Part shown: in pieces, positions 1 through 10,010 of the stretch | Layout: each line of letters starts with the position of its first letter | How positions within the stretch are numbered: position 1 is the first letter of the stretch | NCBI RefSeq assembly: GCF_000281045.1 | Contig: NW_008246075.1 | Coordinates: forward strand, 999,229 to 1,037,236 | DNA length: 38,008 bases | Direction of reading: 5' to 3' | Source: Saprolegnia diclina VS20 | Taxonomy: Eukaryota | Made by a program: the position numbers and the translations under genes | Notes under the pieces: model-generated | The model's input: only the letters and a program-made list of their open reading frames with translations | Database searches by the model: none | What the model was told of the DNA's origin: nothing

Positions 1-575
1 CGTACTACTGGTAGTATCCAATACAAGGACCAGGACCATCGACTGTCGCCATGGCGTGCGAGTCTCTGCAAGAGTGATAGAATCGCCAGCGCCTACACAC
101 GTGCGCAATTTTTTCAATTCGGTTCGGTGCAAGAGTGTTCTACTCTTTTTGACCCTCGCACCACATTCGATGACCGATGGCACCTGGTCCTCGCAGGAAG
201 CCTTGTTCGTCGCATCGACTGAGGAATCCAGCATCGGTGGACGCAGCACAGATCGGTAGCTTCGAGTAGCCGATCGACACCGCGTCCCTTTGCGGCTTCA
301 TCTCTGTATTTTCGGCTCTGCAAGCGGCTGAGAAGAAGAAGTTGCTCAGCACACCCACGCATCGATGTAACGCAGTAGCAAGTTTGAGGCTCGGCGCATC
401 CAATAGCCGATGCACAGTCGTCATGGCATCGAGCGCAGGTAGGTGCAGCTGGGGGCAGACAGTCTCGTTTCGTATTTTGTGGGGGAATGTTCGTAGAGTT
501 ATGAAATGGCTTACGAACGATCGCAATTTTGCATTCGGCCGGCAACTTGATTGATCCGTGGCGATAAGCTCGGGT

Positions 576-592
576 CCCATTTTTCAATTTGC
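576..592 (+). promoter_or_regulatory. Oomycete initiator/FPR core promoter of GH6 copy A (same motif at 12926-12942 for copy C)
   Basis: CCCATTTTTCAATTTGC ends 15 nt before the ATG and resembles the oomycete Inr+FPR consensus. Confidence 0.7.
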
Positions 593-606
593 CCACTTGG
601 ACAACC

Positions 607-2049
607 ATGAAGCTCAGTCTCACCTTGGCGCTGGCCGCCGCTGCCATCACGACCGTCTCGTCTGCCATCTGCAAGGGCCTCGCACCCCCGTCGTACACCG
701 ACGCTGTGAAAACCAACCCGCAGTTCGCGCCGGCCATCGACATGATCAAGCAGTACCCGGTCGCCAACTGGTATGTCGACTGCGGCAGTGACTCGATCAA
801 TGAGCTCATGGCCACGTGCCCCAATGACACCCCTGTCATCATCATCTACGGTCTGCCCCAGAAGGACTGCGCGTCGAGCTCGAGCAACGGCAAGAACACC
901 AACGCCGACCAGTACAAGGCGTGGGTCCAGTCGTTGGCCAACAAGGTTGGCAACCGCAAGGTCATTTACATTTTGGAGCCGAACGCCATTGGCCTCTACT
1001 CGACCGGCGACGGCGACAAGTGCGCTAAAAAGTACGGATACCAAGAGAACCTCGCCGCGGCCACGAGCATCCTCGCGGCCAACAGCAACGCGCAGATCTA
1101 CGCGGATGTCGCGGGCTGGGCCTTCCAGGAACCTGCCATCAAGGCCCTCAAGAAAATCGGCAAACTCGGCAAGCTCACGGGTATCCCGATCAACACGTCC
1201 AACTACAAGCAAACGGTTGACATGAACCAGCTGTGCCAGTCGTACTCGCGGCAGACGGGTGGTCTTCACTGCATCATTGACACGTCGCGCAACTTTAACG
1301 GGTCGCCGCAGAACGAGTGGTGCAACGCACGGTCGGCCGGGATTGGCGCGCCGCCGACGGACAAGACGGGCAACCCACTCGTCGACTACTACCTCTGGCT
1401 CAAGGTCCCCGGCGAGTCGGACGGGCAGTGCGTGGGCCAGTCGAGCGACTCGAGCGCCGGTCCCGACGCCGGTCTCTTCTTTCCCGACGGCTTCCAGCGT
1501 CTCTGGAACCAGGGCTACTTTGTGGCGGGAGGTGCACCCAAGATCGGCCAAGCCCCGGCGCCGACCCCAGCATCTTCTAGCAGCCAGTGCACGATTGAAG
1601 CCAACACCGACTACTACGGCAACGACCTCAGTCGGCACCCCGTGAGTGGCGACGCAAACAGCTACGTGAGCGTCTGCTGCGACAAGTGCTCGACAACGAG
1701 CGGTTGTGCCGGCTTTACGATCAACGACGGCTTCTGCTACCTCAAGAGCAAGCTCGAAAACAAGAGCTCGAGCAAGACAGCCGTTTCGGGCAGCCGGTCG
1801 AGTGGATCGTGCGGTGCGACCGAGGCCAACACCGACTACTACGGCAGTGACCTCACCCGGCACCCGGTGAGTGGTGACGTCAACAACCAAGCCCGATTTT
1901 GCTGCGATAAGTGCTCGGCAACGGGTGGTTGTGCCGGCTTTACGGTCAACGACGGCTTTTGCTACCTCAAGAGCAAGCTCGAAAACAAGATTTGGAGTGC
2001 GACGGCCGTCTCGGGCAGCCGGTCGTCTTCGCGCCTACGCCGTGCTTGA
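607..2049 (+). CDS. Secreted GH6-family protein with 2 C-terminal PAN/Apple domains (copy A); catalytic acid Asp replaced by Asn
   Basis: ATG at 607 followed by signal peptide MKLSLTLALAAAAITTVSSA. GH6 motifs IYGLPQKDC, YILEPNAIG (family consensus EPD), IIDTSRN and WLKVPGESDG. Pro/Ser linker, then two ~75-aa repeats NTDYYGND...CCDKC...GCAGFT...CYLKS. Intronless and intact. Confidence 0.9.
   Translation: MKLSLTLALAAAAITTVSSAICKGLAPPSYTDAVKTNPQFAPAIDMIKQYPVANWYVDCGSDSINELMATCPNDTPVIIIYGLPQKDCASSSSNGKNTNADQYKAWVQSLANKVGNRKVIYILEPNAIGLYSTGDGDKCAKKYGYQENLAAATSILAANSNAQIYADVAGWAFQEPAIKALKKIGKLGKLTGIPINTSNYKQTVDMNQLCQSYSRQTGGLHCIIDTSRNFNGSPQNEWCNARSAGIGAPPTDKTGNPLVDYYLWLKVPGESDGQCVGQSSDSSAGPDAGLFFPDGFQRLWNQGYFVAGGAPKIGQAPAPTPASSSSQCTIEANTDYYGNDLSRHPVSGDANSYVSVCCDKCSTTSGCAGFTINDGFCYLKSKLENKSSSKTAVSGSRSSGSCGATEANTDYYGSDLTRHPVSGDVNNQARFCCDKCSATGGCAGFTVNDGFCYLKSKLENKIWSATAVSGSRSSSRLRRA
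1588..2030 (+). repeat. Two tandem 225-bp PAN/Apple-coding repeats
   Basis: NTDYY-to-NTDYY period of 75 aa, with a conserved six-Cys pattern. Confidence 0.85.
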
Positions 2050-2263
2050 TGCCGCTGATGTATCCGTCGATGCCATGATATCGAATCAATAATGCCTCCA
2101 AAATGCATAATACATCATCATGTTGACATTCCTGAAACGATGAGCTACTCAGCGCTCTAGTAANNNNNNNNNNNNNNNNNNNNNNNNNNNNNNNNNNNNN
2201 NNNNNNNNNNNNNNNNNNNNNNNNNNNNNNNNNNNNNNNNNNNNNNNNNNNNNNNNNNNNNNN

Positions 2264-4241
2264 AGATCAAATACCCTAAATAGTGTTAGTACAGACAATT
2301 AGCCTTCCATTATGACGGTAAATAATGTTAGAAAATGTGGCGATCATGAAACCAGCCGACAAAGACGGAACTCTCGATTCATGCGCTACTGGTATACGAG
2401 CAGGTACAGGCCGAGATGTGAATGGTAAGGAGGTGTGTACTGACAGCTATTGAGCAAGAGCAAATATGCATATTATTCGTTTAGTAAAGCCAAAATGGAC
2501 TCGAGGCCGGTGCCTCCTAGCTCGAAACCATCTTCGTCGACGTCGCCGTAGTCGGTCTCGTCGTTGAGCATGGCTTTATCGTCGTGGCTTGCGTGGATGA
2601 GGTTGCAAACTCGAATGTGATCGTACGTCCTTGGCACGTCGGGTTGGAAGTACTGCGTTCGGCCCGCTCTTGCAACGTCCTTGGGTGGGAGGATGGAACC
2701 TTCGGGCTTGCGGTCGGCATACAGTGGCAAGCGGTAGGAGACAGCCTCGACCGCCCGCTTGTAGTTCTCGAACTTGTACATCTCGTTGAAGCACTCGGCG
2801 ATGCGGTGAAGCGTATCGACGTGCCCGAGCGCACGGACGAGGTGCTTGCAAGGCATTTGTGTCTGCTCCCGGTAAGTGCACAAGCACGTCAACTTCTCGA
2901 CGTCGACCTCGCGCTTGGCCTCGCGGTGGGACTCGCGGTACACATAAAAGATTAACCGTGTTGACTCCTGGATCGTGTAGTCCTGGCCCATCACGAGGGA
3001 CTCTTCGTACTTGTCGCGCGCGTCGGAGGTTGCACGTCGGACTCCTCGCTCACAACCTCTCGTCGCCGGGTGGACGCCGTTTGCATGACCTCTGCCATCA
3101 TGAGGTACAATGCTGCAAACGGAAGGTTGAAGCGAACACTATTGTGGATATCTAGATAGAATGTTGGACCATCATCACGTTGGACGAGGTTCAAAAGGAC
3201 TCCGGGGTACTCCTTCGTCTTGAAAAAGGTGCCGTCGGTTTCGAGGAACGGAACGTGGCTGCGGCGCTGCTCGATCGAGGCACCGAACGGGACAACAGCG
3301 CGATAAAATCGCTTCTCGGTGTCAAGCTCCAAGTCGACCAAAGACCCCTCGTTGCGAGCTTTGGACTCACACAAAAGCCACGGGATGTATGAGTATGTGT
3401 TATTACACTACACAAAATTGTTGCAGTAACGACCAACACGAAAGATTAGACTGACCTTTGACCCCATAGATGCCAATACTTCTCATCTCACGCGGCCCGC
3501 GGACGAGGTCTTGGACACCGACCCACCGCGCTCTTCCTATGCGGGATACTGTGACAATCTGTACATAGGTTCGTGCCTTACTTGGACCATGCTCGGCCGG
3601 GTGTGCCGGGTGTGCCCCGCGACAGCAGCACCATCCGCTGTACCGACGCCATTTTGGCGGCTTGCCGCACGGACACCTTGACGGTTCGAGTGCACATATC
3701 CGAGAGCTGCAGCTGTACGTCTACATAGCAAAAGATAAGATCGATGCGGACCCTCATTTTCCACGCGAAAACAAACCTTGAATGCGATAGGTGCCCGCCG
3801 GCGTATCGCCTCTGTAGACCAGGTATGCAACGATATGCCACACGCATGGTGTCGAGCTGTTGCAGAGGTATATAACGTTGGTACCCCCAACCTTGGTTTC
3901 ACCGACAGTCGTGCCTATAGGAATGTGAAGGTGTGGTACATAACAGCTCACATACCATTCGAGGCGACGACGACCGAGAAGCGGTTTTCCAGAGTCCAGT
4001 CCCGCACGTATCTCGACACTTCACGACGCCTGCCGTAGAAGTCAAGACCGGCTTCGGGTGGGCCGCAGTACACCTCGTTGGCGGCGATTCCGCGTACGGG
4101 TCTCTCTCGCCATAGTCGCTCATTGGATGTTTCGGAGTTGACGTTTTCCAACAATAAACGGTATCATACTATTTACTGTCATCATAGAAGGCTAATTGTC
4201 TGTATTTTGTCTGTACTAACACTATTTAGGGTATATGATCT
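2264..4241 (-). mobile_element. Degenerate Mutator-like (MULE) DNA transposon with terminal inverted repeats
   Basis: 2264-2338 (AGATCAAATACCCTAAATAGTGTTAGTACAGACAATTAGCCTTC...) is the imperfect reverse complement of 4141-4241. Minus-strand remnants lie inside: first-Asp motif FLETDGTFFKTKEYPGVLL and SWIM finger CLCTYREQTQMPCKH. The left end runs into a gap. Confidence 0.85.
2473..3374 (-). pseudogene. Broken MULE transposase (DDE fragment plus SWIM zinc finger)
   Basis: Two ORFs in different frames (2991-3374 and 2473-2994). The middle of the DDE core appears deleted. Further degraded N-terminal sequence extends to about 4130. Confidence 0.8.
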
Positions 4242-4318
4242 TGACGACCGCCCTCGAATTAGCCTAGAATAAACCAATCATGTTCACTGGAAAATGGCTT
4301 TTTGACCAATAATACCGG

Positions 4319-4399
4319 TTCCGGAACTCTTGAACATATTCATTTTTGATTCCGGAACTTTTGAACAAATCCCAATATATTCCGGAACTATTGACAAAT
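4319..4399 (+). repeat. Three ~30-bp direct repeats with a TTCCGGAACT core
   Basis: TTCCGGAACTCTTGAACATAT (4319), TTCCGGAACTTTTGAACAAAT (4350), TTCCGGAACTATTGACAAAT (4380). Confidence 0.8.
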
Positions 4400-4572
4400 A
4401 CTCCCACGTTGCAGGCAAACAGATGGCCATCTCGACCACACATTTCGCCCTGCTGTCCCACGTGACTCACGATACCTTGACGAACGGAACCGTGTTCGAT
4501 CGCGCCACAACGACGCCACCTGCGATCACGCAAAGCACTCGTCTCGGCGATGCAAGAACGCTGCGATCGTCT

Positions 4573-4589
4573 CTCATTTGCCAACTCGC
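4573..4589 (+). promoter_or_regulatory. Initiator/FPR-like core promoter of the AA17 gene
   Basis: CTCATTTGCCAACTCGC lies just upstream of ATG 4605. Confidence 0.6.
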
Positions 4590-4604
4590 CTCGTTCTCGA
4601 CACC

Positions 4605-4979
4605 ATGGTCTCTCCTACTCTTGTTGGTCTGGCGCTGCTGGCATCGCAAGTGGCGGCCCACGGCGGCCTCTTTGACCCCAAGCCGACGTTCATTGAGCCC
4701 AACAGCGACCCGACGCGCTTCTGCGGCACGATCGATGGCCCCACGTCGCTCCCCGGCTCGGCGTACAACCAGGACCCGGGCTACAACGCCGCGCAGTTTG
4801 CGGCCAACTTCAAGGCGAGCAAGTACAAGACGCTCAAGGCGTTCCTGGATGCGTGGGACACGAGCGCACAGTGCGGCCAGTGCGGCATCACCAAGGTCGA
4901 CGCGGCCAACCCGCAGCCGCTGCCGAGCATCGTCAAGTGGCGCCACGGCGACAACGAGGGCTTTACGCCGTCGCACGAG
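4605..4979 (+). CDS. Secreted AA17-family lytic polysaccharide monooxygenase, first exon (remainder lost in the gap)
   Basis: Signal peptide MVSPTLVGLALLASQVAA is followed directly by His (HGG, codon 4659-4661). Motifs FCGTIDGPTSLPG, FKASKYKTLKAFL, CGQCGIT and EGFTPSHE (second His at 4974-4976; normally continues GPCEVW). GTATGC splice donor at 4980. Confidence 0.82.
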
Positions 4980-5091
4980 GTATGCTATTTTNNNNNNNNN
5001 NNNNNNNNNNNNNNNNNNNNNNNNNNNNNNNNNNNNNNNNNNNNNNNNNNNNNNNNNNNNNNNNNNNNNNNNNNNNNNNNNNNNNNNNNNN

Positions 5092-6668
5092 CTGGCTTGG
5101 AAGTTGGCGTCACCACTCACCGGGTGCCGGGTGAGGTCGTTGCCGTAGTAGTCGGTGTTGGCCTGCGCCGCGCCGCACGATCCACTTGGGCCGCTGCACG
5201 ACACTGCCGTCGCACTCCAACGCTTGTCTGCGAGCTGGCTCTTGAGGTAGCAAAAGCCATTGTTGATCGTGAAGCCGGCACAGCCGCTCGTTGCCGAGCA
5301 CTTATCACAGCAGTCGCTCACCTGGAAGGTGGCGTCACCGACCGCCGGGTGCCGGGTGATATCGTTGCCGTAGTAGTCGGTGTTGGCCTGCGTCGCACCG
5401 CACGATGTACTGGAGTGACTACCGGAGACCGCCGACTCACTCCAACTCTTGTTTTCAAGCTTGCTCTTGAGGTAGCAGAAGCCGCCGTTGACCGTAAAAC
5501 CGGCACAGCCGCTCGTTGCTGAGCACTTGTCGCAACAGTCGCTCGCTTGGCCGTTCGCGTCGCCACTCACGGGGTGCCGCGTGAGGTCGTTGCCGTAGTA
5601 GTCGGTGTTGGCTTCAATCGTGCACTTGCTGTTGACAGGCGCGGGGGGCGGGGCCGGTGCCGGAGCTTGGTCGATCTTGGCTGCACCTTGCGACACAAAG
5701 TAGCCCTGGTTCCAGAGGCGCTGGAAGCCGTCGGGAAAGAAGAGACCGGCGTCGGGACCGGCGCTCGAGTCGCTCGACTGGCCCACGCACTGCCCGTCCG
5801 ACTCGCCGGGGACNNNNNNNNNNNNNNNNNNNNNNNNNNNNNNNNNNNNNNNNNNNNNNNNNNNNNNNNNNNNNNNNNNNNNNNNNNNNNNNNNNNNNNN
5901 NNNNNNNNNNNNNGTCTGGTCCGTCGGCGGCGCGCCAATCCCGGCCGACCGCGCGTTGCACCACTCGTTCTGCGGCGACCCGTTAAAGTTGCGCGACGTG
6001 TCAATGATGCAGTGGAGACCGCCGGTCTGGCTCGAGTACGACTGGCAGGCTTGGACCATCTGGGTCGTGCTCTTGTAGTTGGCCGTGTTGATTGAGACAC
6101 CCGAGAGTTTGCCGATTTTCTTGAGGGCCTCGATCGCAGGCCCCTGGAAGGCCCAGCCCGCGATGTCGGCGTAAATCTGCGCGTTGCTGTTGGCTGAGAG
6201 GATGCTCGTGGCCGCGGCGAGATTGGCTTGGTATCCGTACTTTTCAGCGCACTTGTTGCCATCGCCAGTCGAGAGGAGGCCAATGGCGTCCGGCTCCAGA
6301 ATGTAGATGACCTTGCGGTTGCCAACCTTGTTGGCCAACGACTGGACCCACGCCTTGTACTGGTCGGCGTTTTTGTTCTTGCCATTGCTTGAGTAGCTCG
6401 ACGCGCAGTCCTTCTCGGGCAGACCGTAGACGATGATGACAGGCGTGTCACTGGGGCACGATGCCAGAAGCGCATCGATCGCGTCACTGCCGCAGTCGAC
6501 ATACCAGTTGGCGACCGGGTACTGCTTGATCATGTTGATGGCCGGCGCGAACTGCGGGTTGGTTTTCACGGCGTCCGTGTACGACGGGGGTGCGATGCCC
6601 TTGCAGATGGCAGACGAGACGGTCGAAACGGCAGCAGTGGCCAAGGCAAAGGCGAGACTGAGCTTCAT
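5092..6668 (-). CDS. Secreted GH6 cellulase with at least 3 PAN/Apple domains (copy B); catalytic residues intact; internal gap and 3'-truncated by a gap
   Basis: ATG at 6668, signal peptide, VYGLPEKDC, YILEPDAIG and VPGESDG. Gap 5814-5913 stands in for about 37 nt by comparison with the paralogs. The third PAN repeat is cut at 5092. Confidence 0.9.
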
Positions 6669-6682
6669 GGTTGTCCGCGTGG

Positions 6683-6699
6683 GCAAATTGAAAAATGAG
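6683..6699 (-). promoter_or_regulatory. Initiator/FPR of GH6 copy B (equivalent at 25014-25030 for copy D)
   Basis: Minus strand reads CTCATTTTTCAATTTGC just upstream of the ATG. Confidence 0.72.
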
Positions 6700-7977
6700 A
6701 CTCGAGCTCGTACCGATGAATCCATCGAGTCGCTTTTGTATTACCTATACGGCCCGGTAGTCTGGTGAAGAAACCGATTGGTCTGCGCGCCATATCATTT
6801 GCTGGAATCAAATCAACGCTGCCCATTGGATAAAACGATACGGCGTGGGCCAATGAAACCGCTTGCGATCTTTGGGAAGCCAATCCACATCTCAATTTGC
6901 ATCCCGCCGCAAAACACAAAACGGGACGGTTGGCCACAAGAGCCTACGAGTTGCAACTGACGCACAGTCGTCGCGGTATCGACTATTGGATGTGCCTACC
7001 GGTAGCCTCTTGCAGCTACGTCCTATCGATGCGTGTTGCGATCCGCTTCTCAGCCGCTTGCAGAGCCGAAAATGCAGCACCAGAGATTTCGCCTGCAAAG
7101 GGACGCGCTGTCGATCGACTACTCGGAGCTACCGTTCAATGTGCTGCGACCACCGACGCTGGATTCCTTGGTCAATACAGTCAGGAAGGATTGCTTTTGT
7201 CGACTTATTTTAGTCGAGCGGTTTGGACACTGGTTTACCATCAGGTAGATCTGGGATCAAGTCCCTGAGAGGGCCCACTTTCTGATTGATGCGATGAGCA
7301 ACCCTTCCTGCGAGTGGCACGTATCATCGGTCCAAATGACTTGGCCCCAGTCATATAATTCATTTTCGTGATGGCTGAAGGGACTCGGTTATCTGTGCTG
7401 AAGTGGTTCACGGTCAACCACAGCTTATAACGACTTTGAGGCTGGTCAGGAATTTTCTTGTTCTGTTCCACCTCACTTTGAGTCTCATAGTGAGGTGGGA
7501 CTGAGAATAGTGATCAAGTATTCTCAAAATTTGAGAATACTCGACGTGAATTTTATCCGGTCCAGATATGCATTCAATCTTACTTTTGGCCAATTTGAGA
7601 TCGAGTCGCGTTTTTCTTTAAACTCGTTCGATCTGGAATGTCGAGGGTGACCGCGGGGCCCAAGGTCGCGATAGGGCAGACAAAGCCGACGCGAGGCGCA
7701 GCGACGCGACAGGTCGTAGGACGTAGAGCCACCCGCGCCCGTCACTGGCCCCCGGCCACTGACGACCTGCCGGCCGCCGATGACGCGCTCCCCACACTTG
7801 ACCGATGCAGCAAGCATAGTCGCCTTCGTTTTGACCAAGTGCTTGGAGCGCAGGAGCTTGTAGTCAGGTGTGGAGTCGACGAGGCGATGAAATGATGAGT
7901 GGAAGCACCGCAGGTGTTGATAAATCTTTGGTCGACGGGAAAACATATCGCCAAAACAGCCTGTAAAGTTGGGCGAG

Positions 7978-8703
7978 CGGCATGAAATATTAAAATATCA
8001 AATTATAATAATACATCGCCTGTTACTCACGCGCGGCCTTCATACGACGTATTGATAGTCGCCGGAAACCGCGTGCATTTTAATTCGACCAGTATAACAA
8101 TAAAATAATAAAATAAAGTCGTCCAGGAAAAACCCCGAATGCGCGTACTGACTATATGATGGATGCCAACCAGTTCGCCTCTTGTGCTCTTCTTCGGACC
8201 GGTTGGCATGACCCAAGCCATGTCGAGTGGGGCGTCCTTGGCGGACGCGCTCTCGCGCCTCCCGCCCCTCGACCCGATGGAGGCCAAGTTCTTCATATCC
8301 CACATTGACGCAGCGGTCGACGAAGCGCTCCTGCTCTGCAACGACTTTGGCGCGATCCGGTGGCAGCCGCTCAAGCAGAAGGACGGCGTCGTCGTCTCGC
8401 GCGCCGCCGACGACATGAACTCCATGTCCAACCACGCGCTCGCCGTGCGCAGCGTCTGCCTTGTGAACGCGTCCTTTGACGAGATGCTGGACCACTTGAC
8501 GACCGAGACGACCCGCGACTTTCACGAGCGCGAGGTCGCAGTCAATCCCGCCGAGTTTCTCGACGGCGCGATCCTGCATGTGCTCTGCCCGCGCGACGTT
8601 AATGGCCGCTACGTGTGCATCAAGTGGCACTGCATGAAGTCGGTTGCGCCGCCCACCAAGCCGCGCGACTACATCTACCTCGAGGTATGGACCATCGATG
8701 CTT
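7978..8703 (+). repeat. Duplicate of 14723-15448 (promoter and exon 1 of the START-FYVE-WW gene); probable contig overlap
   Basis: No differences seen at offset 6745. One copy ends at a gap and the other starts at a gap. Confidence 0.88.
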
Positions 8704-10010
8704 NNNNNNNNNNNNNNNNNNNNNNNNNNNNNNNNNNNNNNNNNNNNNNNNNNNNNNNNNNNNNNNNNNNNNNNNNNNNNNNNNNNNNNNNNNNNNNNNN
8801 NNNCGAACGATACTTAGCAAGCTGCCTTGACAACTCGAACCATCGGCGAGGATTGATCTGGGTACCAGTACAATTAGCCTCCGCTCATGATCTCGGTCAC
8901 ACGGCCAAGGACGCCGCATCGGCACGTCGCTAATCTACAATTGCCCTTCCACACGCGCCAACTCGTCAACGTGGCTCGTAAAGCATTCAACAACGTATGC
9001 TAGTACATCAGTAGCTGCTCCAGGTGTACTAGTACAGGAGGTTTCTGCCCTTTTATGCCGTGAACGAACAGGAGCCAGAGGGTGCGTCTCCGTGGACACA
9101 ACTGCAGCAACTCACCGACCACATATTCGCGTAGTACGGTACGGTATTGACAAGATTGCCGAAGGATGTACTTGAACTCTATCCATCACGAGGCAGTAAT
9201 CGACTTGCGTCCTCAATGACGTGGGAATATGATCGCGATCGGCCGACACGAGTGCCGTTGCTTGCACTCTTGCGCACGGCTTGGCTCAATAATGGGGGTG
9301 GCTAATAACTGGCGACGCTGCATCGAGTGGCGTTGCAGCAAGGTCCGCGAAAACACGTCCAAAAAGCCGTGCAGAGCGATGTGTCGCGCGTTCGAAAGCC
9401 GGACGCTTCCCGGCAACCAGTATTGGCAGGAATGTTCAGTGCAGACAATGATATTACTGTGCATTGTTGTACTTGAGGTCTAGCTGCTACATTCAATATC
9501 GCTCTCAATATGAACAAGTCCTGTGTATGTATAAACCCCCTCGGACCGCAACGCGCCGAGCATCGGCATCGCTCGTGCGACAGGCGCAATTCCTGTTGCC
9601 GTTTCGGCGAAGCAGAACGCAATGTAGAAATCGCGCCATCTTGATACTACGCTTCCGATTGGCGGACCAGATAATCTTTCAGCCAATCACCGACGTCCCA
9701 CGCATCCCGCTCGGACCGGCTACTTCTCATGCGGTTCGACGATCCGAGACGCATGTAATACAGTGCAAGAACCCACCATCCTCCGCGCTTCTCTCTGAGC
9801 GTCCTGCGTCCTTCTCGACCTCGGCGCTGCTCGTATATTGGACGCGGTCGATGATGCTAGTTTCCGGTGCCGTCGTCGTGTCCGGATAGCGACGGAAGAG
9901 GCTCGGGCGCCAGGTTTGTATGGAGTCCTGCTGTTTTCAGGCAGACCATGTCTACGCTCGGGACGTTGAGCTTGTCCTTGCAGAGGCCCTCCCAAGCGTA
10001 GAACGTGCTA

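Noticed and set aside
511..1890. Long antisense ORFs over the GH6 genes (also 12861-13994, 23269-24429) and others such as 14785-16455 and 20550-21392
   Set aside because: Shadow ORFs caused by GC3-rich codon usage; no independent motifs.
2020..2049. SRLRR as an RxLR effector motif
   Set aside because: It is C-terminal, does not fit R-x-L-R after a signal peptide and has no dEER.
4578..5522. Apparent LPMO fusion to a long Val/Arg-rich tail
   Set aside because: Chimera across a gap; the tail is antisense GH6-PAN sequence and a splice donor sits at 4980.
4467..6725. 752-aa ORF suggesting a GH6-PAN protein with a novel C-terminal extension
   Set aside because: It reads through two N gaps; the part below 4992 is the antisense of the AA17 exon.
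8163..8933. Separate truncated START gene
   Set aside because: Identical to exon 1 at 14908-15448 and ends at a gap; best explained as contig overlap.
8804..10008. Short ORFs left of the Tc1-like element
   Set aside because: No family assignable by eye; fragmented by stops.
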